Below, one piece after another: positions 52,334 to 64,000 of a stretch of DNA of 64,000 nucleotides (positions are counted from its first letter, which is position 1; every line of letters starts with the position of its first letter). The position numbers were made by a program, and so were the translations under genes. The notes under the pieces were generated by a model. It did not search any database and was not told the DNA's origin. It saw only the letters and a program-made list of their open reading frames with translations. The stretch covers positions 27,528,001 through 27,592,000 of the forward strand of contig NC_043000.1 of the NCBI RefSeq assembly GCF_006345805.1, in the 5' to 3' direction. Source of the DNA: Octopus sinensis. Lineage: Eukaryota.

Positions 52334-52632
52334 TTCAACAATATTAAGGAATGGCCCTGATAGGCCATTCGACCCACTAGAAAGAGCAGCCAACTCAAAC
52401 CGCTAAAGAGCTGTAATTCTGAACACAAGGAGAATAAAAACATTTACCCTTATCATCTTTGGACTATGCATAGTTTCGACACTTCAGTAAACTATGCATA
52501 GCCCAAAGATGATAAGGATAAATGTTTTTATTTCTCCTTTGGTTTCAGAATTACAGCTATTTAGCGGTTTGAGTTTGGCTGCTCTTTCTAGTGGGTCGAA
52601 TGGCCTATCAGGGCCATTCCTTAATATTGTTG

Positions 52633-52634
<2 letters not shown>
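52334..52634. repeat. Near-perfect fold-back hairpin, ~145-bp arms, 12-nt loop
   Basis: 52334-52476 is the reverse complement of 52489-52634 with few mismatches. Loop cgacacttcagt. Flanked by (TA)n. Confidence 0.97.
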
Positions 52635-52667
<33 letters not shown>

Positions 52668-52676
<9 letters not shown>

Positions 52677-54566
52677 AATCCAAACGGGAAACAAAAAACA
52701 ACAACAATGGAACAATTACAGTATTATTATTAATAGGCGCTCAGGAAAAGGAAGCAGGGAGGTATGACGTTTCGAGCGGCGCTCTTCGTCGGAAACATAA
52801 AGAAGGAAGAGAGGAAAGAAAGATCCCAGAGCGGGCAACAGGGAAGAGAAAAAAGACACTGGTGTTTACGAGTTGCACATGGTGAAAGGCGGATGTTTAC
52901 GAAAACAGAGCAAAGTGGTTTTTAAAGGCAAAAGAGTGGAGACAAGGTTGGTAACGCAACAGATGTTGTGTATGTGTGAGTGTGTGCGTGTGTGTATGCG
53001 TGTGTGTGAGGCGAGATGAAAAAACAACAAAAATATATATGTGTTGTTAGTGTGTGCGTCTGTGTGTAGGCGTGTGAGGTAGGGCGAGATAGTGATCAGC
53101 TTAGCAGACAAAGGTCAGTAGAAGAAAAAGAAGGAAGGAGGAAGGGAGGGAGGGGAAGGGGTGGGGGCGTATGTAGCGTGCCAGCGTTTGTTGAGTAGTA
53201 GTGTGTGTGTGTGTCCAGTGTCGTGGTGGTATAAATGGCGAGTAGATTGAATGTGTGTAAGAGTAATGTATATATTTAAGCAATGTGTGTATATGTGTGC
53301 GCGTGTGTGTAACGAAAAAGGGGGGTTAAGGAAAAAGGACTCCAGCTGAGGGGAAGATGGAAGAGTGGTCCCGCCGAGGCGGGCGTGGGAAAACCAACGA
53401 CACGCGACGGTCCCAGGAACGGGCGGGAGGTCTTGTCGGTTCCAAGAGCGAGGTGCCTGCGGAGCGTATGCGTACGCGAACCGGCGCAAGCGCGTGCGTG
53501 CGTGAGCCTGCGAGTAGTGTGCGTAAGTATGTATTGTGTGGATGTGTGGTGGTCTGTGTGTATGTCCGGTGGCAGTGTGTCCGATGAAGTATGTAGGTAT
53601 GTGTGTATGTATGTGTGTGCATAGATGTATGTCCGTGTGTGTGTGTGTGTGTGTGTATGTGTGTGAGTGGTATGTATGTACGTGTGGGTGTGGGGAAGTG
53701 TGTGTATTGCATGTGTGTGCGCGTACATACAGGTGTGTGAGTGAGTGTGCGTGTGTGTATGTATGTGTGAGTGTGTATGTATGTGTGTGTAGGATGCATG
53801 TATGTGTATAGGTGTATGTATCGTGTGTGTATGTATGTATGTGTACGTGCGTGTGTGTTGGTATTATGCGTGTAGGTGTGCGCGTGTGCATGCATGCATG
53901 CATGCATGTGCGTATGTGTGTGTGTGTGGCATGTGTGTGGGTATATATGTATGTGCGTATATGTGTGTGTGTGTGCGTACACTGTGTGTGTGTGTATGCA
54001 TGTGTGTGTATGTAGGTGTGTGGGCGTGTGTGTATAGGTGTATGTATGTAAGTATGTATGGGTGTGTCCGTGTATGTGTGTCCCTTCCTCCTTCCTTCTT
54101 TTTCTTACTACTGACCTTTGTCTGCTAAGCTGACCACTATCTCGCCCTACCTCACACGCCTACACACAGACGCACACACTAACACACACATATATATTTT
54201 TTTTTTTTCATCTCGCCTCACACACACACATACACACACGCACACACTCACACATACACACACATCTGTTGCGTTACCAACCTTGTCTCCACTCTTTTGC
54301 CTTTAAAAACCCACTTTGCTCTGTTTTCGTAAACATCCGCCTTTCACCATGTGTAACTCGTAAACACCAGTCGTCTTTTTTCTCTTTCCCTGTTGCCCGC
54401 TCTGGGATCTTTCTTTCCTCTCTCTTCCTTCTTTATGTTTCCGACGAAGAGCTCCGCTCGAAACGTCATACCTCCCTTCTTCCTTTTCCTGAGCGCCTAT
54501 TAATAATAATACTGTAATTGTTCCATTGTTGTTGTTTTTTTGTTTCCCGTTTGGATTAAAATTATA
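52668..54566. mobile_element. 1.9-kb element bounded by ~480-bp inverted Penelope-type terminal repeats
   Basis: 52668-53146 is the reverse complement of 54082-54566. Each arm carries the CCGACGA...GAAACGTC motif (52762-52796 minus, 54437-54471 plus). Confidence 0.9.
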
Positions 54567-54709
54567 CCACTGCGCGCCTACACGGACCCCTTGTACCTTG
54601 GATACCAACTCCCGGATTTTTTGCACCTACGGATTATTGTTACCATTCTTCCTGACCTACGGATCACCCGCAACCTTCTTCCGGAGTACCACCATTACCG
54701 TGATTGAAA

Positions 54710-54751
<42 letters not shown>

Positions 54752-55624
54752 GAGAGAGAGAGTGAGAGTGTGTGTGTGTGTGTGTGTTCTTATTTTAGCT
54801 AACTGAAACTGAAAATTTGTGTTACCTCCCATGTTTCATACGTACGCTCTGTTCATGACTCGCCTGATGATTGGCGTTGCCTGAAAGTCACGAAACAAAC
54901 TTTTGTTGTTTCAGTTTCATTAAAGATTATAATCTCCTCCTGACTTAATCTGCATATTGCTCTCATTTACTTATAGTCTGATATTTGTCGGAAAAACCTG
55001 TATTTCTTCCAGGACTTTACGTTCCGAGTTCAAGACGTGCTTTGTCATTTCGGCATCGATAAAAAGGAAGTACCTCACAACTATTGTGGTTGATGTTATC
55101 GTCTTGACTCTGCTCTGAAAAGTATCTAAAACCGTATCGAATTAAGAAAATAATTATATAATTATTAGAACTTGGAGAAATGATAGAATCCCTACACAGA
55201 ACAAACATACTGCACCGTTTCTCCCGGCTCTTTATGTCCCGAGTTCAAATCTTCTCCAGGGTTTGTTTACCTTTCAAATTTTCTTGATTGATGACATGAA
55301 ATGCCGCTCATATACTGGGATCAATAAAATCAAATAAATGCCTCCCATGAAAAAAATGTTGGTCTTATGAGTAAATTAGGACTCATTGTATCCTGCGTGT
55401 CTTACCTAAAGTGGATATATTGTTGAATGCTGGAGACCTACGTTATTTGTTTTTATAAAGCATCTTTAATACCCGTATAATGCTAAAAAGCTCAGACGTG
55501 TATGAGTATAAGGCGACGTATATCCAGTTGTGATGGTGGAATAGGTAAATACGTGTTTCAGCTTCTTTGCTTGTCATTACTAGGAAGAATATAACCTCAA
55601 CCGTAGGCTGTAACATATTTAACT

Positions 55625-55861
55625 TCTTATTTCTTTATTGCCCACAAGGGGCTAAACATAGAGGGGGCAAGCAAGGACAGACAAATGGATTAAGTCGATT
55701 ACATCGACCCCAGTGTGTAACTGGTACTTAATTTATCGACCCCGAAAGGATGAAAGGCAAAGTCGACCTCGGCGGAATTTGAACTCAGAACGTAACGGCA
55801 GACGAAATACCGCTTAGCATTTCACCCGGCGTGCTAACGTTTCTGCCAGCTCACCACCTTA
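55625..55861 (-). mobile_element. Full-length Meta-like SINE (tail B)
   Basis: ggtggtgagctggcagaaacgttagc...gagttcaaattccgccgaggtcgactttgcctttcatcctttcggggtcgataaattaagtacc...aataaagaaataag. Confidence 0.9.
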
Positions 55862-56345
55862 TCAGATTTAACTTCTACTGATATTAAGAAAAAATAGGAC
55901 ATTGACTAACAAATCACTTGAGGTGCTATAAGCTGACAGGCTGAAAAAATACTTATAAGCGACGGAATTACTATTAGGTCAAAATATCATATTGTATTTC
56001 GTACCTCACACAGACATATCTTCGAAGACTTAACGGCGATATTACCATCGAGGAAGCATCGCATATAGGCGTATCGTGTTAAAAACACACAGAAATGTAT
56101 CAGTAGCAAGCGAAAAGCTTCTAGTAACGGTGGTGGAATTATGAAATATGTATTTCTGTTTCTTTGAACGTCATTAGCAGAAAGCATTCAATATCAATAT
56201 CAGCAAATTTCGCCTCGGCTGCTATAGAAACAGTTAATACCGTGGGTTGCAATAAGTGGCAGGCATGATTATAATGGCAAGGCACTTCTGTTTAAGGAAT
56301 GACAACGTTTAGAGTTTTGGGATATGTAGATTAGTTTGTTATATG

Positions 56346-56397
<52 letters not shown>

Positions 56398-56400
<3 letters not shown>

Positions 56401-56525
56401 ACCGTGATTACCCTGACCGACCAGGCTATCAGCTTTTGCTACGCATCGCTGGTCACAATGCGCTTCGCATTGTTTTAGCCTTCAAATGACGCCACCCCGC
56501 TGGCTAAGCGAGCAGGCCAACAGAA
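56398..56525 (-). repeat. Dispersed SINE-like repeat fragment
   Basis: Reverse complement of 18011-18135. Confidence 0.7.
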
Positions 56526-56526
56526 G

Positions 56527-56589
<63 letters not shown>

Positions 56590-57339
56590 GGGGACCGGTG
56601 ATCTTACACTTGAGGTACGCGAGGTCACATTAGTTCACTAGTGTACATACTTCCTTGCTATTTGTGTGTGTGGTATTTGTGTGAATACTTCACATGTACA
56701 TATGATTTCGCTCGTTGATATGGGGATTATAAGCGTAAATATGTATGTATGTATGCATGCATGTATGAATCTCTGTGGGCGTGGGAATCCGTTGCACGAT
56801 AGTTAGCTCCAAACCGCTTCCAGTTTTCACGGTGTCTAACTTTATTTATAAACAAATTCGTTGGGCGACGATTTGAGTTTTAGCGATAAACTTTTAGCGA
56901 TAACTTACACGGCCCATACATCTCCAACCTTCCCTCACAAGACAAATCAATGCCTGAATACATTTAACTATACATAAATAGAAGTAGACATAATAGATAT
57001 TAATAGCAAGAAAGAAAGCCATTAAAACTTTACATAAATCACTAACACTTAACAAAGAGAATCATGTGTTCTTGTGAGTATTGTCAGGTTGTTTATTGTT
57101 AAAGTCGTCCGCATCGCGTCTTCGTCATCGTAGTTGACTTCTTTCCTCTAGTATGATGTAATAATCAATGGCGGTATTGAAACACATACAATGACTGATT
57201 ATAAGAAAGACGTTTCTTTAAAAAGAGACACGTTGGCTGCTCCCCATTGATAGGGAATTGAATTATAACACCACCAACCCATATTTCTTATTAAACTAAT
57301 TTTCACTTTTTTTTTACTTCCTGTCTCCAAATTAAAATG

Positions 57340-57346
57340 ACGTTGG

Positions 57347-57417
<71 letters not shown>

Positions 57418-57468
57418 AATAATAATAATAATTATATAATAATTATGATGATGAAGATGATGATGATG

Positions 57469-57542
<74 letters not shown>

Positions 57543-57900
57543 TAATAATAATAATGATAATAATAATAATAATAATAATAATTATAATAATTATGATGAT
57601 GAAGATGATGATGATAAGAAGGAGAAGAAGAAGAAGAAGAAGAAGGAGAAAGAGAAGGAGAAGAAGAAGAAGAAGAAGAAGAAGAAGAAGAAGAAGAGCA
57701 ACAACAACAACAACAACAACAACAAGACCATGATAATGATGGAAAACAGCAACAGCAACGACAACAATAAGAAGAAAAAGAAGAATGATGATAATCATTA
57801 TTACTGTCGCTGTTGTTGTTATTACTATTATTATTATTACTCTTATTATTATTATTAGTAGTAGTAGTAGTAGTATTATTGTTATTATTAACGTTGTTGT
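57340..57900. repeat. Compound trinucleotide tract (AAT/GAT/AAG/AAC, then ATT/AGT/GTT)
   Basis: Direct reading. Confidence 0.95.
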
Positions 57901-58580
57901 TCTTGTTTCATTTTTCTGCTTTTTTGGTTGTGGTGGTGGGGTTATTTACGTTATTGTATATTTTTTTCTTATTTTCTTTCTTCCTTCGCATTATAGTCTT
58001 TTATATTGCATAGCCAGATTGGAAACTTTCTGCGTGTTTCATTCTCTAGCGTGAATTTGTTATACAAAGGACATCGCTTTATAACCATGCGGCGACAAAA
58101 GATTACCTCACTGTTTAGCTGATAAATAATACACAAATTCGTATTTATTGTACAATTGCATTGCATTCATTTGCTTTTTTCAAACAAGCGCTCTTTTAAG
58201 CCTTCTTGTTCCATGCATTTCTCTCTTTTCCATTGTCCCTGTCGCTCCCGTTCTCCACCACAGTCACAGTTATACAGTTATTGTATTCCTACATACGCAC
58301 ATACATAAATACATATATACATACATATTCATACATACATACACATATTCTTGTAAACATGTGCACACGACAACAAACACATGCACACACGTACATATTT
58401 AACTTATATATTCACATACATATGCACATGCGTAGACATACACACATATAAGTAGGTGTACATGTAAGCATGTATATGCATATATGCCTATATATATATA
58501 TATGCGTGTGTGCGTGTAGCTGTGTATGTACTATGTATATATGTATATATATAATGTATATATATATGTATATATATATG

Positions 58581-58611
<31 letters not shown>

Positions 58612-58722
58612 GTATATAATATATATGTATATATTATATATGTATATATATGTCCAATAATACTATATTTGTTCCACGTTCTCGCGTTGTGTGTTCTCTT
58701 TGTGTTTTCTTGTTTGGATTAA

Positions 58723-58767
<45 letters not shown>

Positions 58768-58897
58768 ATACATAGATATATATTTCTATATATATATATA
58801 TAAGGCATGTATGTGTATATGCACACACAACACACAATTGTATAAATGACCAGGCCATGTATGTATGCACGTATTTATGTGCGTGTGTATATATATA

Positions 58898-58956
<59 letters not shown>

Positions 58957-59581
58957 TGTATATATGTGTATATATGTATGTACGTATATTTGTATGTCTG
59001 TATGTATTTATGTATGTATGTATACATGCATGTATGTATGTATGTATGTATATGTATGTATGTATGTATATGTATGTATGTATGTATTTATGTATGTATG
59101 TATGTATGTATGTATGTATGTATGTATGTATGTATGTATGTATGTATGTATGCATGTTTGTATGTATGTATGAATGAATGTATGCATGTTTGTAAACATC
59201 TGTAGCCTGCTACGTAATTTCTACTCTACAAATATCTTCCTCGCCAAAACTCTTCTATTTCTTTCTCTCCATTTTTTATATTCCTAGCTTTCCTCTTATT
59301 TTTTATCTTTAATTGCATTTGAATTCTTCATCTTGTATCGTTCCTCTTTTGTCGTTCTCAAAAACGTATTGTCTGTCCAGTTTCGCAGTTTACATCCCAT
59401 ACACACCAACAAATATACAGGCATAATCGACAGAATACATTCAAGTATGCTTATCTCTCTCTCTCCCTCTGTCTTCCTTCCCCTCACTCTCTCTTTGCCT
59501 TTTTGAATATCTTTCTCCCATTCACATACCCCACTCTCTCTCTCGCTCTCTCTCTCTTTGTGTGTGTGTGTGTGTGTCTCT

Positions 59582-59623
<42 letters not shown>

Positions 59624-60152
59624 GACGTTTTCTTTTATATCATAAATACATACACACCAGTTTATTTTGTGATGCACTTTCCTATATTTTCTAAACAAAG
59701 TTTGCTACTTTCTAAGTGATTTTAATTTCTCTTCCACCTGCTCATTTTCTCTTGCTGATTCTACCTGGAATACTGTCTCTAATTATTTCAAATTCGATAA
59801 TAACTGACCCACGTTTTGAAAACTTATCTTAAGGTATGTTTATATCTATTTAAATGATGAATTAAAATGTGACTAAAAGCGCATACATACATGATGGATG
59901 ACCCCTCGTTATCGAGTATAGCCATTGCACGAAGCTTAACTGCTATTGATGCTGTGATCGAATGTGACTATTATTTACTTTTAAGGCTACAGCAAGCCAT
60001 TCAGTTGAGACTCACAGCACCACTAGCAATCATGAACAATGTTGTTATCGTGCAATGCCTGTGCAAGAAGATTTTTTTAAAGTGAGGAAAGGCTGTGCAC
60101 TGAGTCAATCCCACTCACTAAGCAACAACAGCTATAATCCGAAAAGAAGAAC

Positions 60153-60534
60153 AAGTCAACATCGTCGGTAACCACTGAGCCACAGATTTTATGTCGGAGT
60201 TATCCCAGTTACCTGAGTTACCTTCTCCTAGAAGGATGCCCTAACGAAGGCTAGGAGTGCTTCACTCCCAATGATTTAACCGCGCGATCGGGTATTCAGT
60301 CCTATTATTTCTATGTGCCCGCGCATGATGCAGCCTTAAGACATTTATTGGGTGGCCGTTGCCTCTCAAGAGTTCCTCCGCTCTATGACGGGTTTTGCTT
60401 TTCATCCCGCAGGGTGTCCAATAAACACCCTCCTCATGCTTGGTGGGGTTGCCGGTTTAGTGGCCGACGACCCGATAATGTAACATGTTGTACTGGGTTA
60501 CATGTTACCAGTAGCACTCGAAAGTGACCTGACA
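60153..60534 (-). repeat. Structured ~380-bp repeat, copy 1 (possibly a retroelement 5' UTR)
   Basis: Homologous to 61110-61520 with the same end points. Three adjacent hairpins at 60221-60268. Confidence 0.75.
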
Positions 60535-60573
60535 AGGAGTGACCATACATACATACACTCACAAACGCACGCT

Positions 60574-60606
<33 letters not shown>

Positions 60607-60893
60607 CTAAAAGCTTACATGATACATAAATCGATATACACGGAGTGTATTCGCGGAAATTGCGTGGGAACATCAATGATTTGCAATGAACATTGCTTCT
60701 AAATTCATGGCAACAACAATCAGCCACGTTCTGAAGCTGGATAATTGCGTTGAAATAAATCGCTTGCTGATGTTTGTAAATATATTTCTTTCAAACTTGA
60801 AGCCACCATCAGTGTTGCAAAATCTATAACCAGAGTCTACAGTCGCAACAACACCTCTGAATAATCAAAATCAGGAAAATCGAATTGTATTAA

Positions 60894-61110
60894 TCTCTCT
60901 CTATATAAAAATGAAGTTGTCTGTGTGTAGCAGGTTTGGTAGACTTCAACTAACACTATCTCCTCCGAGAACCTGCGGCACGAGTTGACCAAAATTGAAA
61001 GTATAATAGAAGAACGCTTGCTTCTCCTTCCGTAGAACAAAAAAATTCAAATCGAACCATGTTGACACCAAAAATTATTTACATCAAAAAGGTGCTTTTT
61101 TGCTATGAAA
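60894..61110 (+). mobile_element. 5' half of the non-autonomous Helitron seen at 1838-2222
   Basis: tctatataaaaatgaagttgtctgtg...ggtgcttttttgctatgaaa aligns to the reverse of 2020-2222. Confidence 0.8.
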
Positions 61111-61520
61111 AGTCAACATCTTCGGTAACCACTGAGCCGCAGGTTTTATGTCGGAGTTATCCCAATTACCTGAGCTACCTTCACCTAGAAGGATGCCCTA
61201 ACAAAGGCTAGGAGTCATTCGCTCTCAATGGTTTAACCGCGCGATCGGGTATTCAGTCCGATTATTTCTATGTCCCCGCGTATGATACAGCCTTAAGCCT
61301 TAAGAAGAAAAAAATTACACATTTATTGAATGGCCGTTGACTCTCAAGAGTTCCTCCTCCCTTTGACGACTTTGGTTTTTTCATCCCTCAGGGTGTCCAA
61401 TAAACGACTTCCTCACCAAGCAAGCTTGGTGGCGTTGCCGGTTTAGTAGACGACGGACCAATCATGCAACAGGTTGTACTGGGTTACATGTGATCATTAG
61501 TACTCGAAAGTGACCTGACA
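61110..61520 (-). repeat. Structured repeat, copy 2
   Basis: See 60153-60534. Confidence 0.75.
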
Positions 61521-61540
61521 TACATACATACATACATACA

Positions 61541-61588
<48 letters not shown>

Positions 61589-61598
61589 ATATATATAT

Positions 61599-61646
<48 letters not shown>

Positions 61647-61669
61647 GTGTGTGTGTTGTATATGTATAG

Positions 61670-61830
61670 TGAAGACACATGGCCTAGTGGTTAGAGTAGC
61701 GGACACGCGGTCGAGGGATTGAGGGTTCGAATGTGTGTGTTTATGAGCGAAACACCAAACCTCCACGCGGTTCCAGCAGAAGGTAAGGGCGAACATCTGT
61801 TGACTCTTTCGCCACAACTTACTCTCTTTC
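61670..61830 (+). mobile_element. tRNA-derived SINE 5' part (third family)
   Basis: gacacatggcctagtggttagagtagcggacacgcggtcgagggattgagggttcgaat. Confidence 0.8.
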
Positions 61831-62190
61831 TCTCTCTCTCTTTATATATATATATATATATATATACATATATACATATATATATATATACGTGTGTGTG
61901 TGCGCGCGCGTCTGTGTATATGTATATCTATATACGAATTCTGTTATGCTTTTATAGCTCGAGGTGGTACTTTGTGTTCTTGAACAAATCAGTTTATCTC
62001 ACTTTACTGTACATTCACTTCGACACCTGAGGCATGGTATGCAGTGCATCTGTCAGGCAACGTCGATTTGAAGGTGAGAGTGACCAGTGTGTAGCACGAA
62101 CATTTGATCGCACTAAAAAGACAAATCATTTTTGTAGATCTTTCGGCAGAAGTGAACGGTCATACGTCGTCTTCGATGGGGGTGTCTGTC

Positions 62191-62249
<59 letters not shown>

Positions 62250-62345
62250 CGTGTGTGTGTGTGTGTAAATATATGTATGTATGTATGTATGTATATATAT
62301 ATGTATGTGTGTGTGTGAGTGTGTGTGTGTGTAAATATATGTATG

Positions 62346-62385
<40 letters not shown>

Positions 62386-62399
62386 TGAAATTTACGGAA

Positions 62400-62540
62400 A
62401 AAAGACGCAAACAGGTGTATAAACAACAACCAGTTGTATTAGTTCAACACACGGGAAGGTGAGAAAGTCTTTTACGTTTCGAGCCTAGGATCTTCAACAG
62501 AAACGAACACGAGGAAATAAACAGAGAGAGAATAAAGACA
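62400..62540 (-). repeat. Penelope-type terminal repeat with degenerate hammerhead-like motif (CUGUUGA core)
   Basis: Reverse of 62469-62504 reads GTTT-CTGTTGA-A-GATC-ctag-GCTC-GAAA-C-GTA-AAAG. Confidence 0.6.
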
Positions 62541-64000
62541 ATTTTAGGATTTAGCGGTCTATCATGGCTACTGGTTGCACAAAGGTACTTAGATATATAT
62601 ACATATATGTATGTATATATGTCTTTTTTATCATTTGATATCAAAGCAGTACCTCCGTGGACAAAAAAGTGTACTTGTCGCCGAAAATCCCATCACAGAC
62701 ATGAGTCTAAATATGCCCATATTTCTTCTCTTCTTCACTAAATTATTGTTTTAAGATCTTGTCTAAAAACAACATGTTTACATATCTCTATTTCTCTCTT
62801 TCTCTTTCTCTCATTCTCTCTATTTATCTATTTGCCTCTAAATATATACATGTATGTGTGAGTATGCATGTGTATAGATACATAAGTTTGGGAATGTGCA
62901 CATGTGAGTCTGCATGTACATATATGTATACTTAATATTTACGATAAGACCTATAGATATGTTTTTTAGTATAGCATACTCTGGTTATTGAACACTGTTA
63001 ATGCACCAGTAATTTATTTATTTGAGTAAACAGGTAAATATCTAAATGTCAATAGTGGCGAAAAAACAACATCAAAATCTAAGATAAATATCCAATTAAC
63101 GTTAATGTATAACCAACAATACATCTGATAAGTCAAATACTGTATTTTGTACTATGATATGGTTAACAATTCCCTTAAGTTTATCTTCTCCATTTAAAGA
63201 GCAAAACGGCCTCTGGATACGACTATTGGAACATGACATTTATAATGATAGTCATGGCATGTATTCAAGTTGTGGTAATTGTATAGAAATGTAATACAGT
63301 AACCCTGAACAATTTTCAAAATATACCCTCTGGCCCTAATTGAAAGGAAAACAATAAAAGAATCGAAATCTATTGAATATTGAGCAACATGTCAAACTTT
63401 CTGTCATGAAAGACGAATGAATTCGCTGGAATTTACAAAGAACCGTTATATATTAGCCATCTAGAATGCAAATTTAATAATCTGACAGATAACAGATCAC
63501 TGGAATAAAAAAAAAAGCGTCAATTGGTAGAGACAAATAGAAGTGGTTGTTATAAATAAGGTTTGAAAGCAGATAAAACCAGAATGATGCGACATATAAA
63601 AGGAACTGATGCTTCGGAGACCATGATAAACTAGATGCATAGAGGCTATTTGATAGATGGTAAAAAGTAGTGTGAATATAATACATACTGCATTAAAATG
63701 CTAAATAAAAATATGCGGAGATAAACAAAGTTTGGAAAAGAGAAAAAGACACTATTCCCCATTTTATTCATCTTTCCAGGATATAATTTCAGACTTGTTT
63801 TTTTACTTATTCAGGGAACATAGGTTATACTGTAAAGCATAGCTAAGCACTCTGGAAAGAAACAAAAGATTTAGGATAACTATATGCAAGTTTATGCATT
63901 TATATTTACAGTATCATATCAAAAATATTTGAAACAAAGCCTACGGTATATGATATATTTAAATTGGCACAAGCAGTGACCGCCAAAAGAATCGTAAACA

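Overview
Eukaryotic, AT-rich, microsatellite-saturated intronic/intergenic DNA. It is most likely from a coleoid cephalopod (octopus-like), inferred from the 5S rRNA sequence and the SINE families. No long host ORF is present, and nearly all track ORFs are translations of (TA)n/(CA)n/(GATA)n tracts. The supported content is a set of transposon remains: mariner and Tc1 fossils, a MITE, a complete non-autonomous Helitron, a Helentron-type element, CR1 and RTE LINE ends, at least three tRNA-derived SINE families, and two Penelope-like (RT-linker + GIY-YIG) fragments. There is also one solitary full-length 5S rRNA copy fused to a retroelement 3' tail, and a 100-N gap with a probable assembly duplication. 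The most interesting signals are: (1) a family of Penelope terminal repeats carrying minimal, dimer-type hammerhead-like motifs with non-canonical cores and covarying stem I; (2) a 1.9-kb element bounded by two such repeats in inverted orientation, next to a 300-bp near-perfect hairpin; (3) a chain of 9-69 nt minus-strand exon candidates that splices by eye into one open frame resembling a small secreted peptide, with one micro-exon sitting in the loop of a ~146-bp inverted repeat. The gene model is a hypothesis without transcript evidence. All alignments and coordinates were made by eye, and repeat boundaries are approximate.
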